Assembly: GCA_965229495.1 (NCBI GenBank)
Contig: OZ245880.1
Location: 2,141,012 to 2,205,011, forward strand
Direction of reading: 5' to 3'
Origin: Gammaproteobacteria bacterium
GTDB lineage: Bacteria > Pseudomonadota > Gammaproteobacteria > CBDBNL01 > G965229495
DNA length: 64,000 nucleotides
Part shown: positions 29,845 through 38,795 of the stretch, in pieces
Position numbering within the stretch: the first letter of the stretch is position 1
Layout: every line of letters begins with the position of its first letter
Program-made: the position numbers and the translations under genes
Notes under the pieces: model-generated
Seen by the model: the letters and a program-made list of their open reading frames with translations, nothing else
The model's database searches: none
What the model was told of the DNA's origin: nothing

Positions 29845-31143
29845 TCAATAAATGACCCTAGGTTCGTCAAGCCTCTGATCGCCAATACGCAGCGCTTGTG
29901 CCAGGCGCGTTTGCGCCCGCTGCAAGCGCGCGCTATCTGCGGCGTGAATAGTCAACAGCACCTCGCCGGCGGTCACCGGCTCGGCTAGCTTTTTGTGTAT
30001 CTCTAAGCCGACGCTATAGTCGATGACGTCGCTCGGCGTAGCGCGACCACCGCCCAACTCGACTATCGCCCAACCCAATTGCTCAGTCGCCACGCTCTGC
30101 AGATAACCATCTTGAGGAGCACAGACTTCGCCAACCAGCGGCGCCGCAGGCAGATAGCGCGCACTGTCCTCCAAAAGATCGCTCGGCCCGCCAAGCTCCC
30201 TGACCATACGCGCAAAAAACTCAGCAGCTCGACCATTAACCAGGCTTGTCCGCAGCCTGGCACCAGCCTCGGCTTGGTCGGAACAAACACCAGCCATAAC
30301 CAGCGCCGCGCTGCCCAGAGCCAAGCACACCTCCAGCAACCGCGCCTCAGCTTGCTCCGGATTATGGAATATAGCGATCACCTCCTTGAGCTCCAAGCTA
30401 TTGCCAGCAGCGTAACCGAGCGCTTGGTTCATATCGCTGATAATGGCGCGCGCGTTCAGTCCAGCTCGACTCGCCGTCGACTCTATGGCTTGCGCCAACT
30501 CCCGCGCCGCCACCATATCGCGGCAAAAGGCACCGTTACCGACCTTCACGTCCATCACCAAATGCTGCAAACCCGCTGCCAGCTTCTTGCTCAAGATGGA
30601 AGCGGTGATCAGAGCCGTACTCTCAACGCTACCGCTAATATCGCGCACGGCGTACATCCGTCTATCCGCAGGCGCCAATTCCGGCGTCGCCCCCACTATC
30701 GCCACCGAGCACTTACGCACGCAGCGCTGCAATTGCTCCAGGCTCACTTGACTACAGTAGCCTGGGATAGCGTCCATCTTGTCCAGAGTTCCGCCGGTAT
30801 GCCCCAAGCCGCGCCCGGATATCATCGGCACCGCCAGCCCGCAAGCAGCCAACCATGGCGCTAACAACAGACTCACCTTATCGCCAACACCACCCGAGGA
30901 ATGCTTATCGACCACAGGCTTATCAATATCATCCCAAGCACAGGTCGCACCGCTCTGCACCATCGCCGTAGTCAAAGCAGCGGACTCGGCGCTCGTCATA
31001 CCCCGACAGCAAACCGCCATAGTAAAAGCCGCGATATGAGCGTCGGTAGCGCTACCATCGACCACAGCCGCGACCAACTCGCCTATCTGCTCATCCCTGA
31101 GCGTCTCGCCATCGCGCTTAGCGCGTAGTATTTCTTGGAGCAT
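29845..31143 (-). CDS. deoA: Thymidine phosphorylase
   Basis: 432 aa with HSSGGVGDK and GLGHTGGTLDK pyrimidine-nucleoside phosphorylase motifs. Confidence 0.9.
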   Translation of the reverse strand: MLQEILRAKRDGETLRDEQIGELVAAVVDGSATDAHIAAFTMAVCCRGMTSAESAALTTAMVQSGATCAWDDIDKPVVDKHSSGGVGDKVSLLLAPWLAACGLAVPMISGRGLGHTGGTLDKMDAIPGYCSQVSLEQLQRCVRKCSVAIVGATPELAPADRRMYAVRDISGSVESTALITASILSKKLAAGLQHLVMDVKVGNGAFCRDMVAARELAQAIESTASRAGLNARAIISDMNQALGYAAGNSLELKEVIAIFHNPEQAEARLLEVCLALGSAALVMAGVCSDQAEAGARLRTSLVNGRAAEFFARMVRELGGPSDLLEDSARYLPAAPLVGEVCAPQDGYLQSVATEQLGWAIVELGGGRATPSDVIDYSVGLEIHKKLAEPVTAGEVLLTIHAADSARLQRAQTRLAQALRIGDQRLDEPRVIY

Positions 31144-31319
31144 GGAATTTTTACCGTAAGCTAAGTGCTATAACGCCTGTAATTTGAGCCGCAGACGCCA
31201 TTGTAAACACCAGCACGACAATTTACCCGCGCTAGAATTGCCGTGCTCGTTTGACCACCTCTTGAGCGCTGGCTATCATTACTAGCTCAGTCAGCGCACA
31301 ATCCACTTCGCACCGGGGC

Positions 31320-32969
31320 ATGGCCAAAGACACCAACAAACCCACATACCTCAACGACCACTGGACTCTCGACGATGGCCTTGGCTTTGGCGCCACCGCC
31401 GAGCAACTGGCGCGGGTAGCCTTGCAAGCGCAGCCGCCGTTCACGGTAGCGCTCACCGGCAAATGGGGCGCGGGCAAAACCAGCGTCTTGCGCCAAGCCT
31501 TCGCTACCCTCGGTGGTGAGCCCATAGCCCAAGCTTTGCCTTTTGGCGAGCCATTGAGCGATAGAGCCTTCAACCAAAACATTCGGGAGATGTGGAAGAA
31601 GCTATCATACTTTGGCACCAAGTCGGGCGATAAATCTAAGCTAACAGAAGAGCAGCTCGAATTGGGCAATTTAGCCGAGCGCTGCCTGTGCGTTTGGTAT
31701 TCGCCCTGGCAACACCAGCAAGCCGATAACCCGCTATTGCCATTGCTGCTAGAGATTAAGAAGCAATACAGTATCTGGGCGAAGTCAAAGAAAATAACTT
31801 CTGATGTTAGTAAGAGTAGCGGACGGGTAGGCCTAACTCTGCTGGAGAAAGTTATCGACGCTAGCATAAGCATAGCCGCTCGTAATCAGGTACAGCTAGC
31901 CTCGGGCACCAGCGCTGAAGTTGCCCAAGCTTGGCAAGGCAACAAATCTGAACTGGAGCAACTTAGCGATGGTCAGCGCTTTCACCTGATATTCGAGGAA
32001 GCGATAGAAACTTTATTGCGCAGCAGAAAGGGTAGAGCAAAGTTAGACGAAGGTGCCCGCCTAATAATATTCATCGACGACCTCGACCGCTGCGAGGAGA
32101 GCGTTATCGTGCAATTGCTCGAAAGCATTAAGCTTTATTTGCATAGCCAGCGCTGCGTCTTCATCCTCGGCATAGACCCTGACGCCGTGCTCGGTGCCCT
32201 AAAGCGACATTGGAAAGAGCGCTCGGAGCAGAGCAACGCCGAGTACTTGGAAAAGCTAGTGCAAGCGCAGCTTGAAGTGCCGCAGCCAGCGATACAGCTA
32301 ATACGAAATTTGATAGAGACGCAACTTAGTGATCACGACATACCCATAGAAGCGCCAGCTACCGAGGAAACTAATGGCGACAAGGATCAAGCCAAAGACA
32401 CCGACAACCAAATAGCTGACTTACCCACCATGCTCGAGGAGTTGCTGGAACCCAACCCGCGCAAAATCAAGAATTTTCTCAACAGTCTCAGTGGTCAATG
32501 GCACTTACTTCCCCGAGGCGAGCGCCCCGAGCACGCTCACCTATTCGCGCTCTTCCACTATTTGCGGCTGTATCATCGCCCAGTCTGGCGTTTGCTTAGT
32601 CATCAAAATTGGGTGCTGGAACTGCTGTATCGAGTTTTAATCAAATCCGACGCAAAGCTTGGTCTTATTCCCGATGATTACCCAAGTTTCTCAGACGAAC
32701 AAGCCATAGCCAGCGAGATGCTAGCGCGCGCTTTCAGCCACGTGCTAGCCGATAACAGTGATGCTGCCACTGCCGAGCGCCAGCACCGCAATATGCCTTT
32801 GGAAAAGGCGGTGCTATTATTCACTGAGAGGCTGGACCGTAAGCGTTCGGATCAATGCTTTATCAAATATCTGCGTAAGCTGGTGCTATCCGATGATGCC
32901 GAAAGCAGCAAAGCTGCCAAACTACTCTTGCAACGAATGAATCAAGCCCGCGATGATAGCCCAGCGTAG
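31320..32969 (+). CDS. KAP-family P-loop NTPase
   Basis: Walker A GKWGAGKTS, then after about 200 residues the KAP-specific Walker B IIFIDDLDRCEE. WYSPWQHQ segment after the P-loop. No predicted TM insert. Lower GC than the flanking deoA/upp. Confidence 0.8.
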   Translation: MAKDTNKPTYLNDHWTLDDGLGFGATAEQLARVALQAQPPFTVALTGKWGAGKTSVLRQAFATLGGEPIAQALPFGEPLSDRAFNQNIREMWKKLSYFGTKSGDKSKLTEEQLELGNLAERCLCVWYSPWQHQQADNPLLPLLLEIKKQYSIWAKSKKITSDVSKSSGRVGLTLLEKVIDASISIAARNQVQLASGTSAEVAQAWQGNKSELEQLSDGQRFHLIFEEAIETLLRSRKGRAKLDEGARLIIFIDDLDRCEESVIVQLLESIKLYLHSQRCVFILGIDPDAVLGALKRHWKERSEQSNAEYLEKLVQAQLEVPQPAIQLIRNLIETQLSDHDIPIEAPATEETNGDKDQAKDTDNQIADLPTMLEELLEPNPRKIKNFLNSLSGQWHLLPRGERPEHAHLFALFHYLRLYHRPVWRLLSHQNWVLELLYRVLIKSDAKLGLIPDDYPSFSDEQAIASEMLARAFSHVLADNSDAATAERQHRNMPLEKAVLLFTERLDRKRSDQCFIKYLRKLVLSDDAESSKAAKLLLQRMNQARDDSPA

Positions 32970-35900
32970 CGCCTACGAGCATAACCTCTTTCTACTCGAA
33001 TTAGCGCGCTGCGAGCGCTGGCTGCGGCGGCGCCACGGTCGTTTATTTGGCTTGCTCGAAGCCGACGAAGACGAAGTCGAAAGATACCCCATCAGCTTGC
33101 GGCATATATTCGTGCCCATGCGCCTCGACACCAAGGACTTAGCCGACGAGGAGGTTGGCAAAGGCCAAGCTCTAGATGCAGAGCAACCACCGGGGCAAGA
33201 CGCTTGGGAAGTGCTCGCCGAGCACAGCTTCGCAATCATCTCTGGCCGCCCGGGTAGCGGCAAGAGCACGCTGATGCAAGCCATAGTGCTCGAGCTTTGT
33301 GGCGAGCGCCCAAGCGAGCTACGCAATAAGCTTTACAAAGATGCGCCTGGAGTAACTGTGCTACCCATCGTCTTGCGCGAGCTGGAAAATATCGATCAAA
33401 TACAAGACTGGCGCCAACTGCTCGACTCTTGGTGGGCGCTAATTGAGCGTGATTCTAACGCAGATAATTATCCACTATCGATTCTAGAACTGCGAGAGCG
33501 CTTAGAGCAAAGGGAGCTTGAGCGCAACTATACAGTATTGCTATTGCTCGACGGCATTGACGAAGTTGGTAGCAATGCGGCGCGTGAGCGCTTGGGTGAT
33601 ATGGCTGAGCAAATACACGATGAACTCGGCTACCGTGTAATAATCACTGGCCGCCCGGTTGGCGTGCAAGATTTGCGTATTACCAAACCGTCGAACAGAT
33701 TACCTATCAAACTACCCCACAAGTTGAGCGATCAACCACCAGCGCAGACTTTCTACCTACAACCGCTGATCGGCGCGCAAATTACCTTATTTATAGACAA
33801 GTGGCTAAACGCGCGCCCCGATTGGCGCCGCGAAAAAGCGCATTTGCAGCGTAGTTTTAACGAAGCGCTGCATAGCGCGCGCGGCGAGCATTTGCTCAAG
33901 CTGGTGCGGCGACCAATATTCCTGACGCTGATGGCGCTGGTGCACTGCTCCTCCAAGCAAATGCCCGACGGTCGCGCCCAGCTCTACGCCAAAATTATCG
34001 ACCTGTATCTCAACCGCCAAGAAAAGCACCGCCGCTTACGCCTCCGCAAAGGCGATGGTTCTCTCCCCAATTGGCGCGACTCGGAGAAACGCGCCGTGCT
34101 CGGCTATATCGCTTGGCGCAGCCAGATGCAACGTGGCAGACAAGAAAATAGCTCTGATAAAAAAGACAGCTTTATCTGGCGGCGCGATGAATTATTGACG
34201 GTGATCGAGCAACAGCTCTCCAGCCGCAAATATGGTCGCTTTAGCTCAATCAAAGTAGAGGACGCAGACGACTTACTCAATTACTTCTTGCAGCCCGCCG
34301 GTTTGCTGATAGAGCCCGCCGAGCAGCGCTTGCAATTCTCGCACCTGAGCTTTCAAGAATATCTTTGCGCTGACTTTATCAATACCACTCTAAGCGGCGG
34401 CGACTTGCGTTATGCTTTCGAGGGACATTTGCTACCGAATCTTGATCGACCAGGCTGGGGCGAGGTTGGCTTGCTACTACTGGCGATTTTGCAAGCGGCA
34501 GACAATAGCAGTCATCTGCGCGCTATGGCGTGGCTCGATCCCAGTAATGCTACTCAAGCGCAACTGCTGGTAAAAGCGCTCAGCGGTGGTGAGCTTGGCT
34601 TTCGTGCTGAGGAAAACGCTGCCGACCTTGCCGACTGGGCGTCGCTAGCGCTGGCTTGCTGTCTCTTGCACCCGAGAAGAGAATTGGGTTCAGAGCTAGC
34701 GCAAAATCCACAATTGCGTGCGCCCGCACTGAAGCTACTGGAGCAGCTATTCGGACTAGAGCCCAGCGCTTGTATGGAGTATTTAGGCAAGCACATCGCT
34801 GAGCACACACCTTGGGGCATGAATAAGAGTGACGTTAAACGCATCGCTCGGTCTATAGCTAAGCGTTGGAGCAATCCCAAGGACGACAATAGTTGGGATG
34901 CCGGTTTTGGCGCCTATGAAGCTCGCGCCCACGCGCTGCTGGCGCTACTCAATTCCAGCGCTTGGTTAGCTCCTGAGGAGAAAGATCCTTACCTGCCTAT
35001 CGCCGAATCTGGCTGGCAGGAGCGCTTGGCGGCTTGGCTGCGGCAAGTAGTTTCCACTACAGGCGATCCCCTTTGGCAGCGCGACGAGGATAAATTGCCA
35101 GAGATAACTTATGCAGCGTTAGAGCTCGACACACTTATACCCGCAACCGGTTCGCTCTATAAAGCCACGCTTGAGCGCCTGCCGCTTGATGCCCTGCTGC
35201 TGCAGGGTGAAGCCTATGACGACTCTGACTATGGTGAATTCAGCCAGCCTACTATATTGCTAGCAATACAAGCGCGAGAAGTCCCTCCAGTACGCAGCCG
35301 CCTCGCGCTCGTATTCTATCAAGCGTTGCTACTCATCGAGCACTGCAGGCAAGATGCAATTTTTCTGGACTTGTTGCAGTTGCGGTCGTGGGCATTGGCA
35401 TGGTCGCGGGCGCAGGAGCGGTCGCGGACGCAGGCGTGGTCGTGGACGCGGGCGCGGGCGCGGTCGTGGGCGCAGGCGCGGGCGCGGGCGCGGTCGTGGG
35501 CGCAGGCGCAGGAGCGGGCGCGGTCGCAGGAGCAGGAGTGGGAGCAGGAGCAGGATTGGGAGTGGGGGCGGATGCTGGCGCAGGAGCAGGAGTTGGAGCG
35601 GATGGTGGCGCAGATCCAGGTGCGGGAGCTATTAGAGGATACTACTTTTAGCTCGGCGCTAACAGTAGCTACCAGACAGAGCCTAGAAAAAGCTGTGCAA
35701 ATAGATGATGACAAAATAAGCGATGAGCAACTAGCTGTCTGGGTGCCAGTGCTAGAAAACTACTGCTACCGCTGGGCGGCGCTGGATTGGTTTCGCGAGC
35801 AGAGTGAAGATGTGGGCTTGGCGCAGCGGCGCGGGATTAGGGATAAGCAGCCATTGCCCGCCGAGCTTGGATTGTTTGACGCTGAGGGTATGCCGCTACC

Positions 35901-36180
35901 GACGCCGCAGCGCGCTAACGTCGAGCGCTTGCTGGAATGGCTGGAAGACGACGAGCGTGTGATAGCTTTTGGCGCTGCTGACGCTAGCGCCGAAGAGTTA
36001 GAAATCATCCGCGCCGACCTCGACATTCTTCGTAATCAACCCTGGTCGCCCGCCAACTTCGTCCGCGCCATCCTCGCCGACTGGCCAGCAGACCAACCTA
36101 CCATGGACTGCAGCCTTGCCGCCGCCGACGCCGAACTCGGCAAACAATCCGAGCTGCTGCTAACAGCAGTCAAAAGCTAA
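32953..36180 (+). CDS. NACHT/STAND-family NTPase (NLR-like), 1075 aa
   Basis: Walker A IISGRPGSGKSTL, Walker B LLLLDGIDEV and a downstream helical/winged-helix region. Overlaps the KAP gene by 17 nt. Has a repeat-encoded low-complexity linker and an uncharacterised ~180-aa C-terminal domain. Confidence 0.8.
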   Translation: MIAQRSAYEHNLFLLELARCERWLRRRHGRLFGLLEADEDEVERYPISLRHIFVPMRLDTKDLADEEVGKGQALDAEQPPGQDAWEVLAEHSFAIISGRPGSGKSTLMQAIVLELCGERPSELRNKLYKDAPGVTVLPIVLRELENIDQIQDWRQLLDSWWALIERDSNADNYPLSILELRERLEQRELERNYTVLLLLDGIDEVGSNAARERLGDMAEQIHDELGYRVIITGRPVGVQDLRITKPSNRLPIKLPHKLSDQPPAQTFYLQPLIGAQITLFIDKWLNARPDWRREKAHLQRSFNEALHSARGEHLLKLVRRPIFLTLMALVHCSSKQMPDGRAQLYAKIIDLYLNRQEKHRRLRLRKGDGSLPNWRDSEKRAVLGYIAWRSQMQRGRQENSSDKKDSFIWRRDELLTVIEQQLSSRKYGRFSSIKVEDADDLLNYFLQPAGLLIEPAEQRLQFSHLSFQEYLCADFINTTLSGGDLRYAFEGHLLPNLDRPGWGEVGLLLLAILQAADNSSHLRAMAWLDPSNATQAQLLVKALSGGELGFRAEENAADLADWASLALACCLLHPRRELGSELAQNPQLRAPALKLLEQLFGLEPSACMEYLGKHIAEHTPWGMNKSDVKRIARSIAKRWSNPKDDNSWDAGFGAYEARAHALLALLNSSAWLAPEEKDPYLPIAESGWQERLAAWLRQVVSTTGDPLWQRDEDKLPEITYAALELDTLIPATGSLYKATLERLPLDALLLQGEAYDDSDYGEFSQPTILLAIQAREVPPVRSRLALVFYQALLLIEHCRQDAIFLDLLQLRSWALAWSRAQERSRTQAWSWTRARARSWAQARARARSWAQAQERARSQEQEWEQEQDWEWGRMLAQEQELERMVAQIQVRELLEDTTFSSALTVATRQSLEKAVQIDDDKISDEQLAVWVPVLENYCYRWAALDWFREQSEDVGLAQRRGIRDKQPLPAELGLFDAEGMPLPTPQRANVERLLEWLEDDERVIAFGAADASAEELEIIRADLDILRNQPWSPANFVRAILADWPADQPTMDCSLAAADAELGKQSELLLTAVKS
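35385..35615 (+). repeat. Intragenic GC-rich tandem repeat (30-bp unit GCGGGCGCGGGCGCGGTCGTGGGCGCAGGC and degenerate copies)
   Basis: Visible direct tandem copies. Encodes in-frame SWAQARARAR / EQEWEQEQDWEW low-complexity protein sequence. Produces spurious RG- and GA-rich ORFs in other frames. Confidence 0.8.
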
Positions 36181-36272
36181 GCAATCAAGCAGCAAGCAAA
36201 CTTAGTCGCTGGCATACCTCAATTGAAAGACACTAGCGGGCGCTGAAAAATGCGCAGCTCGGCGGTGGGTGG

Positions 36273-36926
36273 CTATTTGGTGCCGAAGAGGCGGTCGCCG
36301 GCGTCGCCGAGGCCCGGGACTATGTAGGCGTTGGCGTTGAGGTGGTGGTCGAGCGCGGCGGTGTAGATGGCGATGTCGGGGTGTTGGGCGCGGACGGCTT
36401 GTATGCCCTCGGGAGCTGCTACCAGGCACATGATGCGCGTGTGCTCGCGCGCGACTCCGTGCTCTTGCAGTATATCAAGGGCGCAATTCATGGAGTTGCC
36501 AGTGGCGAGCATGGGGTCTACTACGATAAAGCTGCGATTGCTGGGGTCGGGGAGTTTGACCATGTAGCGTATGGCTTGCTTGGTCTCTGGCTCACGATAA
36601 ACGCCAATATGACCAATGCGCGCTGCTGGCATTAATTCCAGCAAGCCCTCCGCCATGCCGAGACCAGCGCGCAATATCGGCACTACGGCGACTTTCTTAC
36701 CTTCGATTATCGGCGCGGTGTCTATGGTCGCCAGCGGCGTTTGGATTTGCTTGTGCGTGGTCGGCAGGTCGCGGGTAATTTCATAACCCATCAGCAGGGC
36801 GATTTCGTGCAGCAGGCGGCGGAAGGTTTTGGTGGAGGTGCCGATGTCGCGCATGTGCGTGAGCTTATGCGCTATTAGCGGGTGGTCGGCTATGTATAGT
36901 TGGGGAAAATCGGGGTGCTGGCGCAT
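36273..36926 (-). CDS. upp: Uracil phosphoribosyltransferase
   Basis: 217 aa with the PRPP-binding region [11 protein letters not shown] and the C-terminal [17 protein letters not shown]. Confidence 0.9.
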   Translation of the reverse strand: MRQHPDFPQLYIADHPLIAHKLTHMRDIGTSTKTFRRLLHEIALLMGYEITRDLPTTHKQIQTPLATIDTAPIIEGKKVAVVPILRAGLGMAEGLLELMPAARIGHIGVYREPETKQAIRYMVKLPDPSNRSFIVVDPMLATGNSMNCALDILQEHGVAREHTRIMCLVAAPEGIQAVRAQHPDIAIYTAALDHHLNANAYIVPGLGDAGDRLFGTK

Positions 36927-36929
36927 GAC

Positions 36930-37262
36930 CTATGTGCTCGTGCCTTTATTCTTGGGCGGGGTGAAGCTGTAGATCGGCGGTACGCCTTGCTCGTCGTGCG
37001 CTTGCGGTCGCCCAGCGCGCTCGACTTCGTCAATACGCACTATGCTGTGCATGGGGATGTAGCTGCGCTTGACTTCTTTGAACTCGGCGCGCAGCTTTTC
37101 CTCAGACGGGTCGAGCACGATCTCCGAGCGCTTGCCGAATATCAGCCCTTCAACTTCGATAAATCCGTACAGATTGCCTTGGTAGACGCTGCTGGCGTAG
37201 AGCTCGTAGAGCTGGTTGCGGTTGTAATAGCAGATGCGGTAGATGCTGTCGGTTTCGTCCAT
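36930..37262 (-). CDS. Conserved hypothetical protein (DUF1820-like)
   Basis: 110-aa ORF tightly packed between upp and the acyltransferase gene. Family assignment tentative. Confidence 0.45.
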   Translation of the reverse strand: MDETDSIYRICYYNRNQLYELYASSVYQGNLYGFIEVEGLIFGKRSEIVLDPSEEKLRAEFKEVKRSYIPMHSIVRIDEVERAGRPQAHDEQGVPPIYSFTPPKNKGTST

Positions 37263-37264
37263 CG

Positions 37265-38173
37265 TTATAGTTGCTCGTAAGGAGACGGCATTCTATTCGG
37301 CTGGGTTTTGAAACGCCGATGAAACCAGAGAAATTGCTCGGGGCGCGCGCGCAGCGCGGCTTCGATGGGGCGATTCTGCTCGACAATGTCGCGCTCGGCA
37401 TCCGAGCTGGGGAAGTTCTCCAGTGGCGGGTGGATGCGCAGGTGATAGCTCAGATCACCCTTGCGCTCGACGGTCAAGCAGCAGGCTTGAGCTTTGCACA
37501 ATTTGCTGAAGCGGCGCACGCCTTGGTGGTGCGCTGCCATGACTCCAAGAAAAGGCGCGAATATTGCGCCTTTAGCACCCAGGTCCTGGTCGGAGGTTAT
37601 CCAGAGCACTTTGTGCTGCGCGGCGGCGCGGACGATCTCGCGCGGTTTTTTGATCGAAACTATGGCGCTCGCCATTTGCAGGCGCGAGGCACGCATAAAA
37701 TCGTTGAAAACTTGCGTGCGGTAGGGTCTATAGGTCGGGCAGATGGCAAAATGACGGCTGAAAATGTACAGCGCGATGTCCATGTGCGTTTGGTGCGCTT
37801 GGTAGAGCACTGTTACTTGGCCGCGCTCGCGGGCGCGCTCAATGTGCTGCAAGCCTTCGATAGTCGAATGCTGCATCTCCAGCTCCAGGCTGCGCGGTCG
37901 GCACCAAGCCCGAGCGCTGGTAAAAAGCCAACGGATGTTTTCCTCCAGAGTGAGGCGCGCGACGCGCTCGCGCTCGGCGGCGCGCCAATCGGGGAAGCAG
38001 AGCTTGAGATTTAGCTCGGCGATACGGCATTTCGAGCGCGCCAATGGCCAAACTATGCGCGCCAATAGCCGACTGCAGATAGCGTGGCTTCTTGGCGGTA
38101 ACCAAGCTATTATTCTTAGCGCTACTATGGCGAGATGGGCGACGAGCTTATCCGACCAAGCCTCTTTTTTCAT
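37265..38173 (-). CDS. Lipid A biosynthesis lauroyl/myristoyl acyltransferase family (LpxL/LpxM-like)
   Basis: 302 aa with N-terminal membrane anchor and acyltransferase H(X4)D-like region (QAHQTHMD). C-terminal LWFHRRFKT is typical of HtrB/MsbB. Confidence 0.8.
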   Translation of the reverse strand: MKKEAWSDKLVAHLAIVALRIIAWLPPRSHAICSRLLARIVWPLARSKCRIAELNLKLCFPDWRAAERERVARLTLEENIRWLFTSARAWCRPRSLELEMQHSTIEGLQHIERARERGQVTVLYQAHQTHMDIALYIFSRHFAICPTYRPYRTQVFNDFMRASRLQMASAIVSIKKPREIVRAAAQHKVLWITSDQDLGAKGAIFAPFLGVMAAHHQGVRRFSKLCKAQACCLTVERKGDLSYHLRIHPPLENFPSSDAERDIVEQNRPIEAALRARPEQFLWFHRRFKTQPNRMPSPYEQL

Positions 38174-38198
38174 TCAGTCGATTGCTACTAATAAAACT

Positions 38199-38795
38199 AT
38201 GCTCAAACGCAGCTTTGATTTTACGGTGGCGAGCCTGGCGCTGCTGGCGCTAAGCCCTCTGCTGCTGGCGCTGGCTATTTTAGTTTATCGGCGCTTGGGT
38301 CGCCCAGTGCTATTTCGCCAGCAGCGCCCCGGGCGCGAAGAGCGACCTTTTGACCTGCTCAAGTTTCGCACTATGCTGGCTCCGAGTGCTGGACTCAGCG
38401 AGCAGCAGCGGTTGACGCCTTTTGGCAACTGGCTGCGGAGCACGAGCTTGGACGAATTGCCCGAGCTTTGGAACGTGGTCAAGGGCGATATGTCCTTGGT
38501 GGGCCCGAGACCGCTGCTGATGCAATACCTGCCGCTGTACAACTCCGAGCAACGCCGACGCCATGAGGTGCGCCCGGGCATCACTGGTTGGGCGCAAGTC
38601 AACGGGCGCAACACTATAAGCTGGGAGCAAAAATTCGCCCTCGACGTTTGGTACGTGCGCGAGCATAACTTCCGCCTCGACATGAAAATTTTATTTATGA
38701 CCTTGAGGGCAGCGCTGAGGCGCGAGGGCATTAATAGCGCCGACGGCAGTCTAATGCCGGCCTTTACCGGCAGCAAAGAGACCGACAAAGCTTGA
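38199..38795 (+). CDS. Bacterial sugar transferase (undecaprenyl-phosphate sugar phosphotransferase, small PglC/WbaP-C type)
   Basis: Internal ATG at 38199 (the upstream part of the long ORF is antisense to lpxL). N-terminal TM helix then PGREERPFDLLKFRTM ... LDELPELWNVVKGDMSLVGPRP ... PGITGWAQV catalytic motifs. Confidence 0.8.
   Translation: MLKRSFDFTVASLALLALSPLLLALAILVYRRLGRPVLFRQQRPGREERPFDLLKFRTMLAPSAGLSEQQRLTPFGNWLRSTSLDELPELWNVVKGDMSLVGPRPLLMQYLPLYNSEQRRRHEVRPGITGWAQVNGRNTISWEQKFALDVWYVREHNFRLDMKILFMTLRAALRREGINSADGSLMPAFTGSKETDKA

Noticed and set aside
35385-35615. Possible CRISPR array (also considered for 19790..20075)
   Set aside because: The repeats are contiguous without unique spacers. 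The first is in-frame inside a CDS. There are no cas genes or leader. Interpreted as an intragenic tandem repeat and a REP array respectively.
35354-35651. RGRGRG-rich and GAGAGA-rich ORFs
   Set aside because: Alternative-frame translations of the GC-rich tandem repeat that lies in-frame within the NACHT gene. They are artefacts of the repeat.
37842-38198. N-terminal 119 codons of the long 317-aa ORF preceding the sugar transferase
   Set aside because: Entirely antisense to the lpxL-family gene. Conserved sugar-transferase sequence begins at the internal ATG 38199 with an N-terminal TM helix.
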